From the NCBI GenBank assembly GCA_973895155.1, contig OZ316892.1, forward strand, positions 17,288,357 through 17,352,356: a stretch of 64,000 bases of DNA. Direction: 5' to 3'. The position numbers were made by a program, and so were the translations under genes. Below, one piece after another: positions 1 through 13,259 of the stretch. The number at the start of each line of letters is the position of its first letter. Within the stretch, counting starts at the first letter, position 1. Under the pieces are notes generated by a model. It worked only from the letters and a program-made list of their open reading frames with translations. It did no database searches and was not told the DNA's origin. Source of the DNA: Marsupella aquatica. Its lineage: Eukaryota; Plantae; Marchantiophyta.

Positions 1-255
1 TCTAGGGCATTGGACAAAGTGGACCCGAGTCACCTTTTACTGGATGGCAAAGAAGATTTGAGGGGCACTAGGAAGCAGTTTCTCAATGATCTTAATGGTT
101 CTCCACATAGGGAAGAAGGGTCCGGCGACTTATCGCCCTTATGTCTGAACTCTGAGTCGACTGCGGACTCCAAACGGGAATTCGCAAGTAGAGCAGATCC
201 GCCATCATCGAAATCACAAGCCATCGCAGGCAACGGGGAAAAGCGGAGCGTCTGA
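1..255 (+). CDS. Possible 3' end of an upstream gene (low-complexity C-terminal tail), product unknown
   Basis: Frame is open from base 1 to TGA at 253-255 (SRALDKVDPSHLL...GNGEKRSV*). No recognisable motif. Confidence 0.25.
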   Translation, partial: SRALDKVDPSHLLLDGKEDLRGTRKQFLNDLNGSPHREEGSGDLSPLCLNSESTADSKREFASRADPPSSKSQAIAGNGEKRSV

Positions 256-1411
256 TGAAGGGATATTTTGGAAAGCATCCACGGACCCGTTTACAGGAAC
301 GTTGGTGAAAACTGAGTCGTTCGTTGTTGAGAGCTACGTACAGACAAGGGTCAGAAGGATTGCAGTCAAGGGTGTATGGAAAGATTGGTCTCGTTTACCT
401 GTAAGTGGAGATTTGTCCCCAGGCACACGTACGGCGTGGTTTAAAGCGTCATTCCTTGTGTCGAAGAGCAGCACGGGACATATCATTCCGCTCGTGACGA
501 GAGTTTTGTGCAACCTGACGATGTACATATCCCGATAGGACTTTTAGTGTCGACCACCAGACAATTCTACCTCTCTGACGGACGCAACCCTGTATTTTTT
601 TTGTGTTGGTATGGCTGGTTACTGTGATTTTAGACAAGTCAATGATACTCCTTGCAGATAAATTATGAGGCGGAAAGAGGTATTCATGCCGGAGGAAAAG
701 GGAGTTTTCTCAGTTAACTTTTTCAGAGTATAATTGGGTAGTTCTTGCAGGCACTTATAATGTAAGTAGTGTTTGGGTGCGCGATTTGCAACTACATCTC
801 TATGTCGTGTAGTTCGGAGTGGTGAGCTTCATCGTCTCCGCTGCTGGGCTCGCTTGTTTCTTTTCAAGGTCAGATTAATTATGGTAGTCGGGAACGATTT
901 GTTGATGTATAAAACGATGCCTATCCGGAAGAGTCAGACGTGCAAGATTGAATACGAGCCATTCTTTTTGTGATGTGAAATGTTACCACACACGTTTCCA
1001 TCCTCTGTTGCTATTTGTCTGAGCTGGTTCGGCATGCTGTGGAGTCTCATTCTACAACGATCATGCATCAATGGACTTCTGATTCTTTCTTATCCATGTT
1101 GCGTTTATTAATGTAGTACCACTATCGTTGCAATCTCAACAACCACATCCTGGTAAGTCATGAACCCAGCTCGAGAGGCTGGTGGTGGGGCAGGATGTCC
1201 ATTACCTGATCCTCTCGTAGACTGAAGGATTGTTCATTCGTGTCTGCGTTTGAAGTGACAAACAATTGTTGTTGAATTGTGACGGGAAAAAGCAAAGAGG
1301 AAAGTCTGGTACTGCACTTGAGTAGTGAACCCATTTCGGTTCTAGCTTCGAGGACTGAAATGCCTCCCCATTGCTTTCTGTGTTAAACTTGCTTTCTACT
1401 TCCGAAATCAA

Positions 1412-1438
1412 CGATGCAGATGCAGATGCAGATGCAGA
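1412..1438. repeat. (GATGCA)n microsatellite
   Basis: gatgcagatgcagatgcagatgcaga read directly. Confidence 0.85.
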
Positions 1439-2059
1439 TTCAGAGACTCAGAAACAGACAATATTCCTGAAGTACTTTTCACTTGGTTGTTGTGCAATGT
1501 TTGATTGAAGAGTGTACAGCTCTGCGGTTCACTGGGCAGTGCTTTATCATACAGAAATCGCAGCATCACTCTTTGACCCGAGTGCATTAAATTGATTGGG
1601 ATGTTTCTGGTACTGCATGTCCAGTTTCTGACCTGAATAAAATCGTTTGGGATGTTCCTGGATGGAATGTCTGGTCTGTTTCCGGGCATCTGAAACCGGC
1701 ACTTCTGTATTGATCAGGAGAATCTGTGCAATAATAGTGTGACTTTAGTTCGTTGTTATGAATCCCACTAAGGATAAGAGGTGCGAATGGCTTCCTTTTG
1801 CAACATTGTGCTGAGCTGGAAGTCACCCCAAGTGCTTTATAAAGTAAGGTACAATTGCTTTTTATCACTGGGATGGAGCACCACTGCTGAAACCATGACA
1901 GATGGTTTGGATCATCCGACGGGAAGACTGAGCTTAGCTTTGATAGTATGTGTGCGACAAGCCTACAGTCACTTTATACCTTCACTTAATACCTTTTTTA
2001 TCATTCCGGGTGGGGTGGTACAAGTCCTTGCTTTCTCCTTTTATTGGGTCTCCTGCCTT

Positions 2060-3050
2060 TTGGGAGGGACCCAGTTTGGCTTGTTTTCTCTCCTTTCCTT
2101 TATGAGGTCTCCTGGCTTTGGAATAATTGTTTCCGTGTTTGCGTGTGTTTTTGCTTGTTTTTGCTTGTTTGCTCCCTTTTTTTTTTTTTGGGTTTGTTTT
2201 GTTTCTATTACTAGGTCTCCTGTAGTTGGGATCTTATTTTCCAGTTTGGCTTTTTTTGGCTTGTTTTATCTCCTTTACTGCCATCTTCCCTTGAACAAAA
2301 TGCCAAGGCCTTGTTTTTGAATAGTAGACCATGGGACGTTCTATTAAATAGTGTGCCTTAGGCATTGTATTTAAGTTTTGCCATCTTCCCTTGAAAATAA
2401 TGCCAAGGCCTTGTTTTTGAATAGTGGGCCATGGGAAGCTTTTTTAAATAGTTTGCCTCAGGCATTGTATTTAAGTTTTGACTATGTTCTCATTTTTTGT
2501 ACATGAAGGGTGTTATGTTTGAAAATGGATGTTGTATTCAAATATTAGTTTTGTATTTGAATATTATCATTGTCATATGATTCATGAATATTTACTGTTT
2601 GTGCTCAATGTGAAACAGCTAAGGGTTAAATCTCAAACACAACAACTTGAACACAACACCAGTTTTTGAACACAACATCCTGGCAATGTGCTAAAATGAT
2701 GTTGTGTTTGAAGAAAAACTATTTTTTCTTATGGAGACCCTAAAATTTCCAGGCGCTGTGATTGGGGGAAGACGGTAGGTCTCGTGTGGTTGGGATCTTC
2801 TTTTCCACTTTGATTCTTTGGGGCTTATTTTCTCCCCTTTGCTAGGGGTCTACTGAATCTGTTTTCTCTCTTTTCCAGTTTGGGTGTTTGTTGGCTTGTT
2901 TTCTCCCTTCTGGCTTGTCTTCTATCCTTGACTGTCTCCTCTAGTTGGTATCTTATTTTCCAGCATGGCTCTTATTTGACTTTCCATCTTAGTTATTGCT
3001 TCTTGTTTTCTTCCTTTATTGTGACTCCCAGATCTTTCTAGTGTGGTTCT
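2060..3050. repeat. Degenerate T-rich tandem repeat, interrupted by a TIR element
   Basis: Recurring ggtctcctgtagttgggatcttattttccagtttggct...ttgttttctc units on both sides of the 2281-2775 insertion. Confidence 0.6.
2281..2775. mobile_element. Non-autonomous Tc1/mariner-pogo-like TIR element (MITE), copy 1
   Basis: Left end CCATCTTCCCTTGAACA, right end GGGGGAAGACGG followed by TA. The left terminus is internally duplicated near 2381. The empty site ttacTAggtctc is visible in the neighbouring host repeat unit (~2208). Confidence 0.7.
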
Positions 3051-3725
3051 TTTTGTTCCTTGGTTGTGTGATATATGTTGTTCTATAAGTTCATTTTACC
3101 ACTTTGGGTAGTGAGATATAGTGTTTTCTAAGTTCAGTTTCTCGTTGTGGGGTGGGAATACAACTGAAAGTTCCATGAAACTATGACAGGAGGTTTGAAT
3201 CTCACGGTGCAAAGCAGCTATTCCTTTTTTTGTGAAGATTTGGCAAAATCTGATACTCTGGGACCTGCAGTTAATGATACAAAGGGGACAATTTTTGGGA
3301 GAAAATTGTGTGGAGAAAACTACACCTATTGGCTTGTTGTTGCTTCAGTCTAAGGGTATTTACAAGATCATGTGGTCGAGATTAGGCCACAGATCTGAAG
3401 GTATCAGTACGTATCTCACGTGGGAACTGCTGGAAACTCCTTCCTCCATGCTGCTACCATTAGCCACTGTCCCAACTCAAAAAATAAAAGAGCAAACTGG
3501 CTGGTGGGAAGATCTGCATAGCTTTAGGGTGCAACATCAGTCTCAACCAAAAATAAGAAACATCAGCCTCAAGACACACAAGTTCAGCATGACAGAATGA
3601 CATTTTGCATGGATTGTATGGAATGTTACATGTATTTCATGGACATAGAGGTACCAAGGGAAAGTTTCTACCACAAAGAATCCCCTCTTTGTCTTCAATG
3701 AAATTGAACCTCTCCTAACGACATG

Positions 3726-4040
3726 AAAACCCACTTCATTCAAAATACTCCATTTGATCTTTGTCCTCTCATCTCCATATTCAAACTTAATTTCAATGTG
3801 CAACTCTTCATCCTTCCAACAGTCACAATATCAAGCTTTTGTGACCAAGGGTTTCTCAAACTTATTTAGGTTCCCCAATTGTAGAAAACCCACTTCATTC
3901 AGAATACTCCATTTAATCGTCATACTCTCATTTCCATATTCTAACATTCCAACCTGCAACTCTTCATTGCTCCAACTAGTCAAATAAAATCAAATGTACT
4001 TGACCAAGGGTTTCTCGAACTAATCTAGGTTCCCCAATTA
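3726..4040. repeat. Tandem duplication, ~160 bp x2
   Basis: aaaacccacttcattc...gaccaagggtttctc...ggttccccaatt occurs at ~3726 and ~3886. Confidence 0.8.
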
Positions 4041-4064
4041 ACCACAAGTAGTTATAATTGTCTT

Positions 4065-4450
4065 TCCGTGAGTGCTTAAAAGTGTTTTTAATCAGTCCAA
4101 CCCTAACTATAATTAGTGGCAGACCATATCAATTGTCAAAGTAGCAATGCATGTTTGAGTGCTTAAAAGTGTTTTTAATCAGTCAAACGGTAACTAAAAT
4201 TAGTGGCAAACCATATCAATTGTCAAAGTAGCGATGTACTGTAGTACTTTTCGTGAGTGCTTAAAAGTGTTTTTAGTCAGTCCAACCGTAACTAAAATTA
4301 GTGGCAAACCATATCAATTGTCAAAGTACCAATGTACTGTACTACTGTAGTACTTTTCGTGAGTGCTTAAAAGTGTTTTTAATCAGTCCAACCGTAACTA
4401 AAATTAGTGGCAAACCATATCAATTGTCAAAGTAGCAATGTACTGCAGTA
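4065..4450. repeat. Minisatellite of ~90-105 bp x4, upstream of LSM5
   Basis: gagtgcttaaaagtgtttttaatcagtccaaccgtaactaaaattagtggcaaaccatatcaattgtcaaagtagcaatg repeated four times. Confidence 0.9.
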
Positions 4451-4803
4451 CATGTCAAACCAGGACAAGCTAGGAACGATAGATGTAGTGTAGTCCATAA
4501 ATTTGCCAATCGAGCTCCTGTGTAAAACTAGGAAGAAATCGATGCTTCGGACAGTTCGGAGGCTAGCAAAGGCCTGGGAAGAAAACCAGATTCATCGTAC
4601 CGTATGCGATCGACACTAGCTTCTGAAAAGCTTCACCAGATGTGATGGATTGTACAGTGTAAAGCCCATTTTCGAAACTGCAGCTGACGGAACGGTGCGG
4701 AACTGCAAATGCTCGTAGCCTTCGAGTGTTCTTTGGGCGTTCACTCACTCATTCCTTCCTTCGACTCGACTGCGAGTGCGCGAATAGAGTAGACCACTTC
4801 GTC

Positions 4804-5906
4804 ATGGCACACAATCCGTCCCACCTCATGCCTTCAGGTGGATATGACTAACTGACTGACTGACTGACTGACTTCCTTCTCTGGCCCGTTTTGGTTTGGA
4901 ATCACTGCGAGGATTCGTTTCGAACATGTGTCCGGGTGTTCTTTTCGTAATCCTCGCCGCGCTGGCTTGCAGAATTGATCGACCGATGCATAGGGTCAAA
5001 AATTTGGGTGATCATGAAGGGAGATAAGGAGCTCGTTGGCACTCTCAGAGGTTTCGACGTTTACGTGAACATGGTGCTCGAGGACGTGACCGAGTAGTAT
5101 GTTCTGGCTCCACTCTGTTTGGCCCGTGTTCCTTCGCTTCGGTCCATCTCTGGCTCCGTGTTGCTTCAGAGTAGAGAATAGGTTCTTTTCTACTGTTGCC
5201 TCTCTCATAAGTGGAAGTGGTGTGGTAATCATGCGATGAGGCAATAAACGAATGTTGTCTGTCAGCCCGCTGAGCAAATGAAAACATTTTTGGCTGCTCT
5301 GTTTGGTCAGTGAAATCACAGCAGAAGGGCGCCGAATAACGAAGCTCGATCAAATTCTTCTCAACGGAAATAACATTGCCATTGTAAGTGCTGTATTTGT
5401 AAACCAAGTTTACGGTTTAGGGTTTGGGGTTTATGCCTGTCTCATCTTTGGAATTTTATCGTACACCCATGGGTTAACAGTCGAGTAGAGCCTGTATGCA
5501 AGAGGCGAAGGATATTTTTGGTTAGGTCAAGACTTACGATAGCGTTTGGATATATATTCTTTAAAACTCACCTATTTTCATGTGATTCGTACCTGCCAAT
5601 ATTTTTCGAGCATTGCCTACTAAGAACTTTCTTCTCCATGAAGATGGAATCGGAAGTATATACTAATGAAAACTGTTAAACTTTGTACATGGAAGTCTAC
5701 TGTCCGGATAGTTGAATAAATTGTCACTTTCATAGCTTAACATCTTAGTTATTCTTCGGCAAAAAATGTATCTTGTTGCCAAATCGTATGATGCAAAGGA
5801 ATGTAAAGTCTACAAGACCCAAAAACAACAGCTCGCAACAATGCCAGATATTCTGATGTACCCTAAATGTGTGGTGCAGCTTGTGCCTGGAGGAGGACCA
5901 GAGTGA
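4804..5906 (+). CDS. LSM5: Sm-like protein LSM5. Exons 4804-4837, 4973-5096, 5311-5383, 5880-5906
   Basis: Spliced translation [85 protein letters not shown] matches plant LSM5. All introns are GT-AG and in phase. Confidence 0.96.
4847..4873. repeat. (ACTG)n microsatellite in LSM5 intron 1
   Basis: actaactgactgactgactgactgact. Confidence 0.85.
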
Positions 5907-7214
5907 CCGCGAGTTTCAATGTCTGGGTTTGAGAACAACAAATTCTGGTTCCTTACGTCATCCGTTTAATCGCACTTGCAAGTTTTTTAAAGAATGATAG
6001 CCTACTCAAACTTAAACAAGTTTATGGACCCAGCGCTCTATTGTAGTCAAGAGATCTAGTAGCTCCACGTTTCTGCAATGAATAGAAGATCCTCAGCCTT
6101 CCTAGTGGACCATGCTTGTGCTGACCAAGTGCGTCCAGACGTTCAATTGATACGATGGAATTACTTACATGTTTGTGTGCTCTAACTACAAAACACGTCC
6201 GTAGTGATTATCAAAAGCATATCACGACGTTTTTGCAGAGTTCCCATTAGAGGGAAACTGGACAATATCTGTGTCATCGCATGCCTCCTATCGGGAAACT
6301 AGCTTCTGAGAAGTGTGAAGATGGACTGACTCAGTCAGCCAGCTGAAGGGTGTATGTTGTTAGTGATCCAAATTGATTTTTGATTTTCTGTGGTGACAAA
6401 TCAAATCCTAAGTACAGGCCACCCTTAAGTCTGCACGCGTGTCACATAGCAATGCAATTAGAGGCTTAAGTTAGACATTGAGCTGCTACAGAAAAGAACA
6501 TGAGTTCCTATCGAGTGGTGCCCTATGAGTGAGGAAGACCATAGCGTTTCTAAGGCCATGCACTGCATGTTTGTAACTCCGTAGCCGTGCTTTGGACTTT
6601 TCTGGTATGCCCATAACCAGATTATTGTGCCCCATCTATCCATTGAATGTTTTCCTTCTAGGTCAGACTGTAGATCACCTCCCAATGCACGTTTCTGCAA
6701 AATTATCTGCAGTCCATTGCAGGACCTATACGTGCAATCATTCTATTTTTTAAAATCTTTTGAGGAGGTTCTAGAATACTTCCACTGGCTGTTGAGTTGC
6801 GGGTGCCTGTATTATATAGTTTGTCGTTGAATTCTGTTTGTACGCATGTAGATGCCCTTTTTGTGCTTGAGTATCCATATCTAGGTTATTTGCTATGCCC
6901 ATTGGTTGCACGAACGTTGTTACTCTGCTGGTAAGTATTACAATGGAGGAGCGTACATAGGCAGTGTAAGAGTCTGATACCTCTCTAATTGAGATTTGCT
7001 TGACCTCATCATTAGAGTAAAGGTACGCTACCACCCCGCCGTGTGAAGAATCATGAGAAATATGTTGTTGTCTATCATCGTTGTGACGGTAGCTGATGCA
7101 TCTGATCCGGATGAGTAAGTGATTTTTTCATTTCCTTTTTTACTTTTGCTTTCGTTATGTTTTTGGAGAGAAATATAACAATGGGGGTATGGATAAGAAA
7201 ACATTGAATAAAAT

Positions 7215-8480
7215 TTACCACTGCTTCAGCTCTTGTGGGAGCAGGCATTCATTTTTGAACATTACAGCGGTGGCCAATTTTTTACCCAACCATCCATGGT
7301 GAATGAGCCCTCTAGAGCCAAGTCCACCAAGTAACCACCACTTTGTCTTTGAAGGCTGAGAGGTATTTTTGGGTGCCCCCAGAGTTATTCTAACGTGCGA
7401 ACTTTGCACAAGATCGTCAATGCACCCGACTAATGGTAGAGATCCTAGAGCTGAACGAGGTGGCATAGCTCTTAACCCTGCCTGCATACCTTCGATTTCC
7501 CATTTTGAAATGGATGGATAGAATGGTGTAGTTTCTGAAAAAAGTTTGTCCAGAGCTTGTGATCCCTCCTCTTTAGACACCAAGAAGGACGAATTGGTAG
7601 AACCCCAGTCCTTGGTGGCACCCAGAAGCACATTTCTCTCGCCTTGTGCAGCGAGCCATGTGCTTGACAGAATATTGGGTGCTCTGCTTTCATACATTTC
7701 AGTGAAGCCATCGGGCGCATGAAGCTTTGCAACAACACCTCGGCAAAGTGAAATGGGTAGCTTGTTGCACAACTCAGGCAGAAGACCTGCTTGGGCTCCA
7801 AGGCAAACTATAACAGCCTCATAATCACCACTAAGATCACGAAGAGAGTTGATCTTGTTTCTACGGAAAACTGCTTCTGTGCCAGGACTGCCAATCATTC
7901 CAGCCTGTCTCGCGAATTCTTCACATGCGACCCATAAAGCCTCAAGGTAGCGTTGCGGATGGATGTTGATTGCTTGCGGAATATGCAGCGCACGAGCATC
8001 TGCTGGCAGCACCAACCCTGGTAGTAGAATTCCAGCTTCTGAACCACTCAATAACCTTATTTTACTACTGTCGTTTTGGTCCTTCACATTCTTCTGAAAG
8101 GTTATGGCGTGCTTTTCCTGTCTTGCCAGCCTTAGGATACCTCTTCGCCACGCTAAAGGTGCTGTTGAACTGTCAAATCTTGTTGCTTCAGCCACAGCTA
8201 ATAACCTCAATGCTGCGGTCCAACCTTCGGCTCCCTTCCATAAGAGCTTACCTTTTGGATTATAGGGATGCAACAAGCCTCCGGATACACCTGACGCTCC
8301 TCCACCAACCCCAACTTCATCGAACAGGTCAACACACACAGGAGCCAACGAGTTCGTGTGCTGCAGCAGATGCCAAGCAACTGAGACACCACCAAACCCT
8401 GCCCCAAGCACAGCAAATCGTCGTGGTACTCCAGGCTGCACATTTGCCACAGCAGGCAGCGTAATTGATGCCATGGACAT
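7215..8480 (-). CDS. FAD-dependent oxidoreductase, DAO/glycine-oxidase-like family, intronless, 421 aa
   Basis: N-terminal dinucleotide-binding motif AVLGAGFGG, GASGVSGGLLHPY, GLRAMPP and C-terminal GGLGSRGL. Confidence 0.9.
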   Translation of the reverse strand: MSMASITLPAVANVQPGVPRRFAVLGAGFGGVSVAWHLLQHTNSLAPVCVDLFDEVGVGGGASGVSGGLLHPYNPKGKLLWKGAEGWTAALRLLAVAEATRFDSSTAPLAWRRGILRLARQEKHAITFQKNVKDQNDSSKIRLLSGSEAGILLPGLVLPADARALHIPQAINIHPQRYLEALWVACEEFARQAGMIGSPGTEAVFRRNKINSLRDLSGDYEAVIVCLGAQAGLLPELCNKLPISLCRGVVAKLHAPDGFTEMYESRAPNILSSTWLAAQGERNVLLGATKDWGSTNSSFLVSKEEGSQALDKLFSETTPFYPSISKWEIEGMQAGLRAMPPRSALGSLPLVGCIDDLVQSSHVRITLGAPKNTSQPSKTKWWLLGGLGSRGLIHHGWLGKKLATAVMFKNECLLPQELKQW

Positions 8481-8517
8481 CTGGGAGTGGGAGCAGGCTG
8501 CCAGTTCTCCTCGTACC

Positions 8518-8533
8518 TAAACCCTAAACCCTA
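8518..8533. promoter_or_regulatory. Telo-box (AAACCCTA x2) upstream of the oxidoreductase ATG
   Basis: taaaccctaaacccta lies ~40 nt 5' of the start codon. Telo-boxes are established plant promoter/5'UTR elements. Confidence 0.6.
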
Positions 8534-9796
8534 CCCGTCTACGAGATGAACATTAAGGTTGAAGAGAAAACTGCTGCTGGAATCACAGGAAATTCAATTG
8601 ACCGGAGACACTACCTGCTCAACAACAATTCAGAGGCGAAAAAACTTCCACGGCTAGCTCCCCGGTTCCAATTTAATGAAGAAGGAAAATGCTCTAGTGC
8701 AATCTCCTTTTGATGAAACCCCTCCCCAAGTCTTGTGATGTCTCGGACAATATCTGATGACCAGCCCGGAGTAACACGTCATCCACCGATTGCACCAAAC
8801 CCTTCCATGTCCGGACTCGCAGAAGCTGATTCAATATCCACATTGATTGGAACACCACAGGAATATCCCACAACTGCATGGGATTGAAGTCCTCCACACC
8901 ACAGCTACAGGACAATATGTATCCTCAAGGAGATGCACGAAATGCCTCACACCGCTCAAAAGGACACACGAATGCTCTGCTATTGACCATTTCTAGAGCA
9001 GGTGCAGGTCTACAAAATGTGCAACATTGAAAGAAAGAGGAGCACAAGAACATAATGCGGCTGGCAATGGCTCGCATGAATTTGTGCGACAGCACCCAAA
9101 TGGCAAACAGAGTTGGACTACCATAGATTACAGTTTGTGAGCGTGTTGGATGTGACCCTAGAGAGCAATCCAGGGTGATCCTTAAGGATTCTAAAAATTC
9201 GCGAGGGTGGCGAAAGTTATCTTGTAACAAGAGAAGATAAAGAGTGGATGGACCTGGGTTTGATGTGAAACCCAGATGGATTTTTAAGATTCCAACAATG
9301 CAGATTGGATGGACCGACACGGAGAGTCTAATAATGCTCGGATAACAGCTTTTTTACTTTGAACTGCAATGTGAAATGTGATCAAATGGGCTCTGGACTG
9401 TTTGAAGCCACTTTCAATCTGCTTACCCATTGATAAGTCATTTCTTATGCCCAAACTAAGTACTGAATTTCTTCAGAAAAGCGAAGCTACATTCCCAAAA
9501 GTGGTGACTTGTTGTTCATGTCTAAACTACTTAGGGGAGTCATTCACAAATGCAAATAGTCCTTCCCAAAAGTGGTAATTTGCATCATGCCAAAACTAGT
9601 CAGAGCATACTTCACAAAAGGAAATATCAATTGGTAACTTGTTTATAAAATGTGAATATTTTTGTGTTCCTCAGACACGGACAAAATGATCTAACAAAAC
9701 TCTCAAACTTTGTCAGATAATGGATTGGACATCAAAGAACATGTTGGCAAAATTTGAGCTTAAACAAAGATCCAAAAGTTGTCACAATAAATGCAT

Positions 9797-9925
9797 TACT
9801 GTCCCCGAACACACAGCAGGGCACATATTTGAATAGTGGGCCATGGGTAGTCAAATTTGAATAGTGCCCCCAGGGTGTTGTGTTTGAGTTTCAAATTTAG
9901 GCATTGTGATGAACACAACCCCTCA
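9797..9925. mobile_element. Partial terminus of the same pogo-like TIR family
   Basis: tactgtccccgaacacacagcagggcacatatttgaatagtgggccatggg...gaatagtgccccca resembles the subterminal sequence at 2281-2350 and 11880-11971. Confidence 0.5.
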
Positions 9926-10910
9926 GTCCGTCCATGCTTTATATTCTGTGTCAAGGAGCAGATGCTAGGAATATTCTTTGCATAAATTTACTAGATTTAC
10001 TTTTGACGGATAGATCTCCCCATATTTTATCTCCCCATATTTAAGGAAAGCAGTCAGTTTAAGCCTAATGGATCCCATGGCTTGGTGGGAAACTCACATT
10101 GACCCAAACTTTGTGGCAACTGTGGCATAAGATTATGATGGAAGTGGGATTTGGCAAATTTTTGTCACTAAGAAAATGATGGAATAGTCATTTGAACCAT
10201 CTCAAAATTTTCTAAGACAGTCAAAAATTGTAGTAAACAGCCACTTGCACCAGACAGGGGAGAAGTGTCTATGTCTATTTGTCACTCTCAATCAGTGCCT
10301 TCCTCTACCATCCTAGACTCCTCCACAATTTAAGGAAAATAAGAAATCTGGTTAGTTCTGGTAATCTCTCGTGTCAGTGGCAGTTTGAGCAGTGGACCCA
10401 TGCTCAGGAAGTTTTAGCAGTAGTGGACATATATTTGGCAATCAATGCACACAACTAAGTTTAGGAATGAACCCATGCTTGATTGATCTTAGTAACATAT
10501 CCATGCTTGATTTATCTTAGTAACATATCCATGCTTGACTGATTTTAGCAAAGGAGCATGTTTAGTTTCCCATGTTTGGGTAGTCTCATCAGCAGGTCCA
10601 TCTAGGAGGCCCACATTGGTTCATTTGGGTAGAGACCAATGCTTGGCTACTTTTCAAACGGATCCATGCTTGGCTGCAGTGGATCCCATGTTGAAAGGCC
10701 CATGCTCAGCGGACTTTAGTATCGGTCTGTGCTTGGCTAAGTTTAGCATAGATGCATACTCAGCTAGTTTAGAATGAGTCCATGCCAGGATCCAAAATCA
10801 CAGGGCTCCTGAGCAAGTTGAGTCATGATTGGATTGTTTCTGAAGCCATTGGCTCACTGAAAATGAAGTACAACTATTGTATCCATGCCACAGGCATAGG
10901 TTATGAGCTA

Positions 10911-11971
10911 CTATCTTCCCCCGAACACAACGCCCGGGCATTGTGTTCGAATATGGTCAAAACAGGGACTTTAGGCAAAAAATACATTTTCACTCAAACA
11001 CAACGCCATATTAACACAGCACCCGGGCGCTGTGTTCGAAATTGACTTTGTATTCAAAAATGTGCACATTCAAGTGACTATAGGAGAAAGGTAGTCGGGT
11101 TGCAACTACTATCCGTTACTTTAAAATCTTCCAACACATCCACTCTTTCAACTTACAAAATCCATCGTCCTTTGAGAAAAGTAAGCTAATTTCAAAATCC
11201 TTCATTCTTGGAGAAGTGTTCGTTGTTTCCAAAATGTTAAACAACAATCCAGAAGTATCGATATATTCTTCTACTGTGTAAACTTTTGGCAGACTTTCAC
11301 ATCAACCTCTGACTGATGCCACGACGTCTCGTCAAAGAAACTCATAGTGCCTACGTACATAATTAGGTCTGACTACTCACTTTCACTATTTTCAATTTTC
11401 CATTGCCTTCAAGATCAAGGCACTCGAATAGAAACAAAGTAGTCTCACGAACATTCCACACTGCATGAAGAAAGATTAAATAATTATAGAAAGGGGCAAA
11501 TTGGCCACAGTAAACCGAACAACTGTGAAAAGTGGACAAATATGTTCTACTAAGTGATAATAGTACACTTGGTATGTATGGTTTGTCATGTTTTGTTTTC
11601 TATTGCAAATTTGATTTCTCCCCTTGTGTAATTTCAATGGTTCAATTATTTAGCCACACATCCTTTGAATGAGCAAATATTGTTGGGAAGTCAAAAAACC
11701 AAAACTTGAACACACTCCTCTCTAATACACATAACTTTTATGCATATCATTCCTACTTACACTTTACATGCATCTCACAATGCCAAAATTCAAGCACATT
11801 ACCTTAAATTTGAACACAACACCACATTTTAAACACAGCGCCACAAGTCCAAAAAATGAAAACATTGACTTCAAACTTGAACACAGCGCCCTGGGCACTA
11901 TATTTGAATAGAGTGCCCCTTGGCTCACTATTCGAATATAGCGCCCGAGCCTTGTGTTCGGGGGAAGATGG
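10911..11971. mobile_element. Non-autonomous Tc1/mariner-pogo-like TIR element, ~1.06 kb, TA target duplication
   Basis: TA|CTATCTTCCCCCGAACACAACGCCCGGGC ... GCCCGAGCCTTGTGTTCGGGGGAAGATGG|TA: ~29-bp inverted termini flanked by TA on both sides. No transposase ORF inside. Confidence 0.8.
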
Positions 11972-13259
11972 TAGTATAAAAAGACGACAGTATTTTTGAG
12001 AAACCATCTGGATAGTTTAGCTTAGTTAATCCATCCAAGTCAAGGGGAATGGATTGTAACCCAAAGGACTGGATGGGCTACTCTCTTCTTACCCAATCAA
12101 AACGCATGTAGAGATATCGTTTGTGCACATATTAGGGAAAAATCCAAAATCTAGTAAAACTCACTGTGTTTGGATTTTGAACTTTTACCAGTGAAATTTG
12201 GGGAAGTGAATAGTGTGACTTAGCATGTAGTTGCTCTGTCATTGATTTCTGCCTCAAGCAAAAACATGCATGGTAGCCATTTCCGTAAACATGCTGATAT
12301 GTGTTTGGTTACACCCGCAAACTGGGACAGGTTGTAGAAAACACAAAGACAGGAATGATTCATTCAGCTTTTACATGTACTGATATTAAAAGGTTTTGAT
12401 AGGGAGTCTGTTCTACTTGTTTGGGCACATTTTTAGTATTGTCAAAGCATCATCCCACATTTCGACCCTCAAAAAGAAAAGGGACTGGGCTTCGTCCAAA
12501 TCCCAATCCTTCTGTATTTTGTGAGGATGTTGAACTAGCCAATGCCTCAAGGGTCTCATAGGGAAAATATGTGGGACACGCCTAATATTTACTTATAAAC
12601 ATAAACATTTTTAAGATGATTGAAAGTCTTAGATACTTTCTTGATCTTGAAGCGCCACTGTCCATGACAAAACCTGGATCCACCAGTTTTCACCATTTTT
12701 AAACATTTTTCCTGAAAGTGTGGAGCAAAGTCTCACCCTAAGAGGAGAGAAATGTGAAAAAGTGAGAACTATTGGACACTTCTCTTGTTATATGGACAGG
12801 TGGTTTAAGGCTAGCCATCAGATCTTCAAAGATCAGGCTAATCCCATTACAAGGAATGGTAGATTTTGGCAATTCTGCTTAGTTTTGTTCTCTTTGTATC
12901 ATTCTCATTGCAAATTCTCTGCCACGAGGTTGTGCCACATCAAAACAACAAGGCACAAACAGGAAGATCCTAATTATGACAGTAACAAAAGGGCACATTC
13001 ATGTTTGTGACAAAAGCAATGTAATTTTTGGGGCGCCATGCCGTAAGTATTGAACGTAAGAAAAACCAGAATAGAAAGGAAGAGATGTCATTTAGTAAAA
13101 TAAAGTTACCATTCTGATGTTTGTTAATGATATATCAATGTTTTACATCAAAATCTTTGTATTTTATAATTGTTTGCACGTTAAAAAAAACTAATACATA
13201 AAAATGTACATATTAGAACCCATTTGGCTCCACATTGTAAAACTAAATAATCAATCTCC

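Noticed and set aside
5097-5310. U12-type intron in LSM5
   Set aside because: The donor is GTATGT, not the U12 consensus GTATCCTT.
8694-9320. Possible integrase or zinc-finger fragment (ILKEMHEMPH; RRCTKC)
   Set aside because: The resemblance covers only a few residues, with no supporting downstream motifs.
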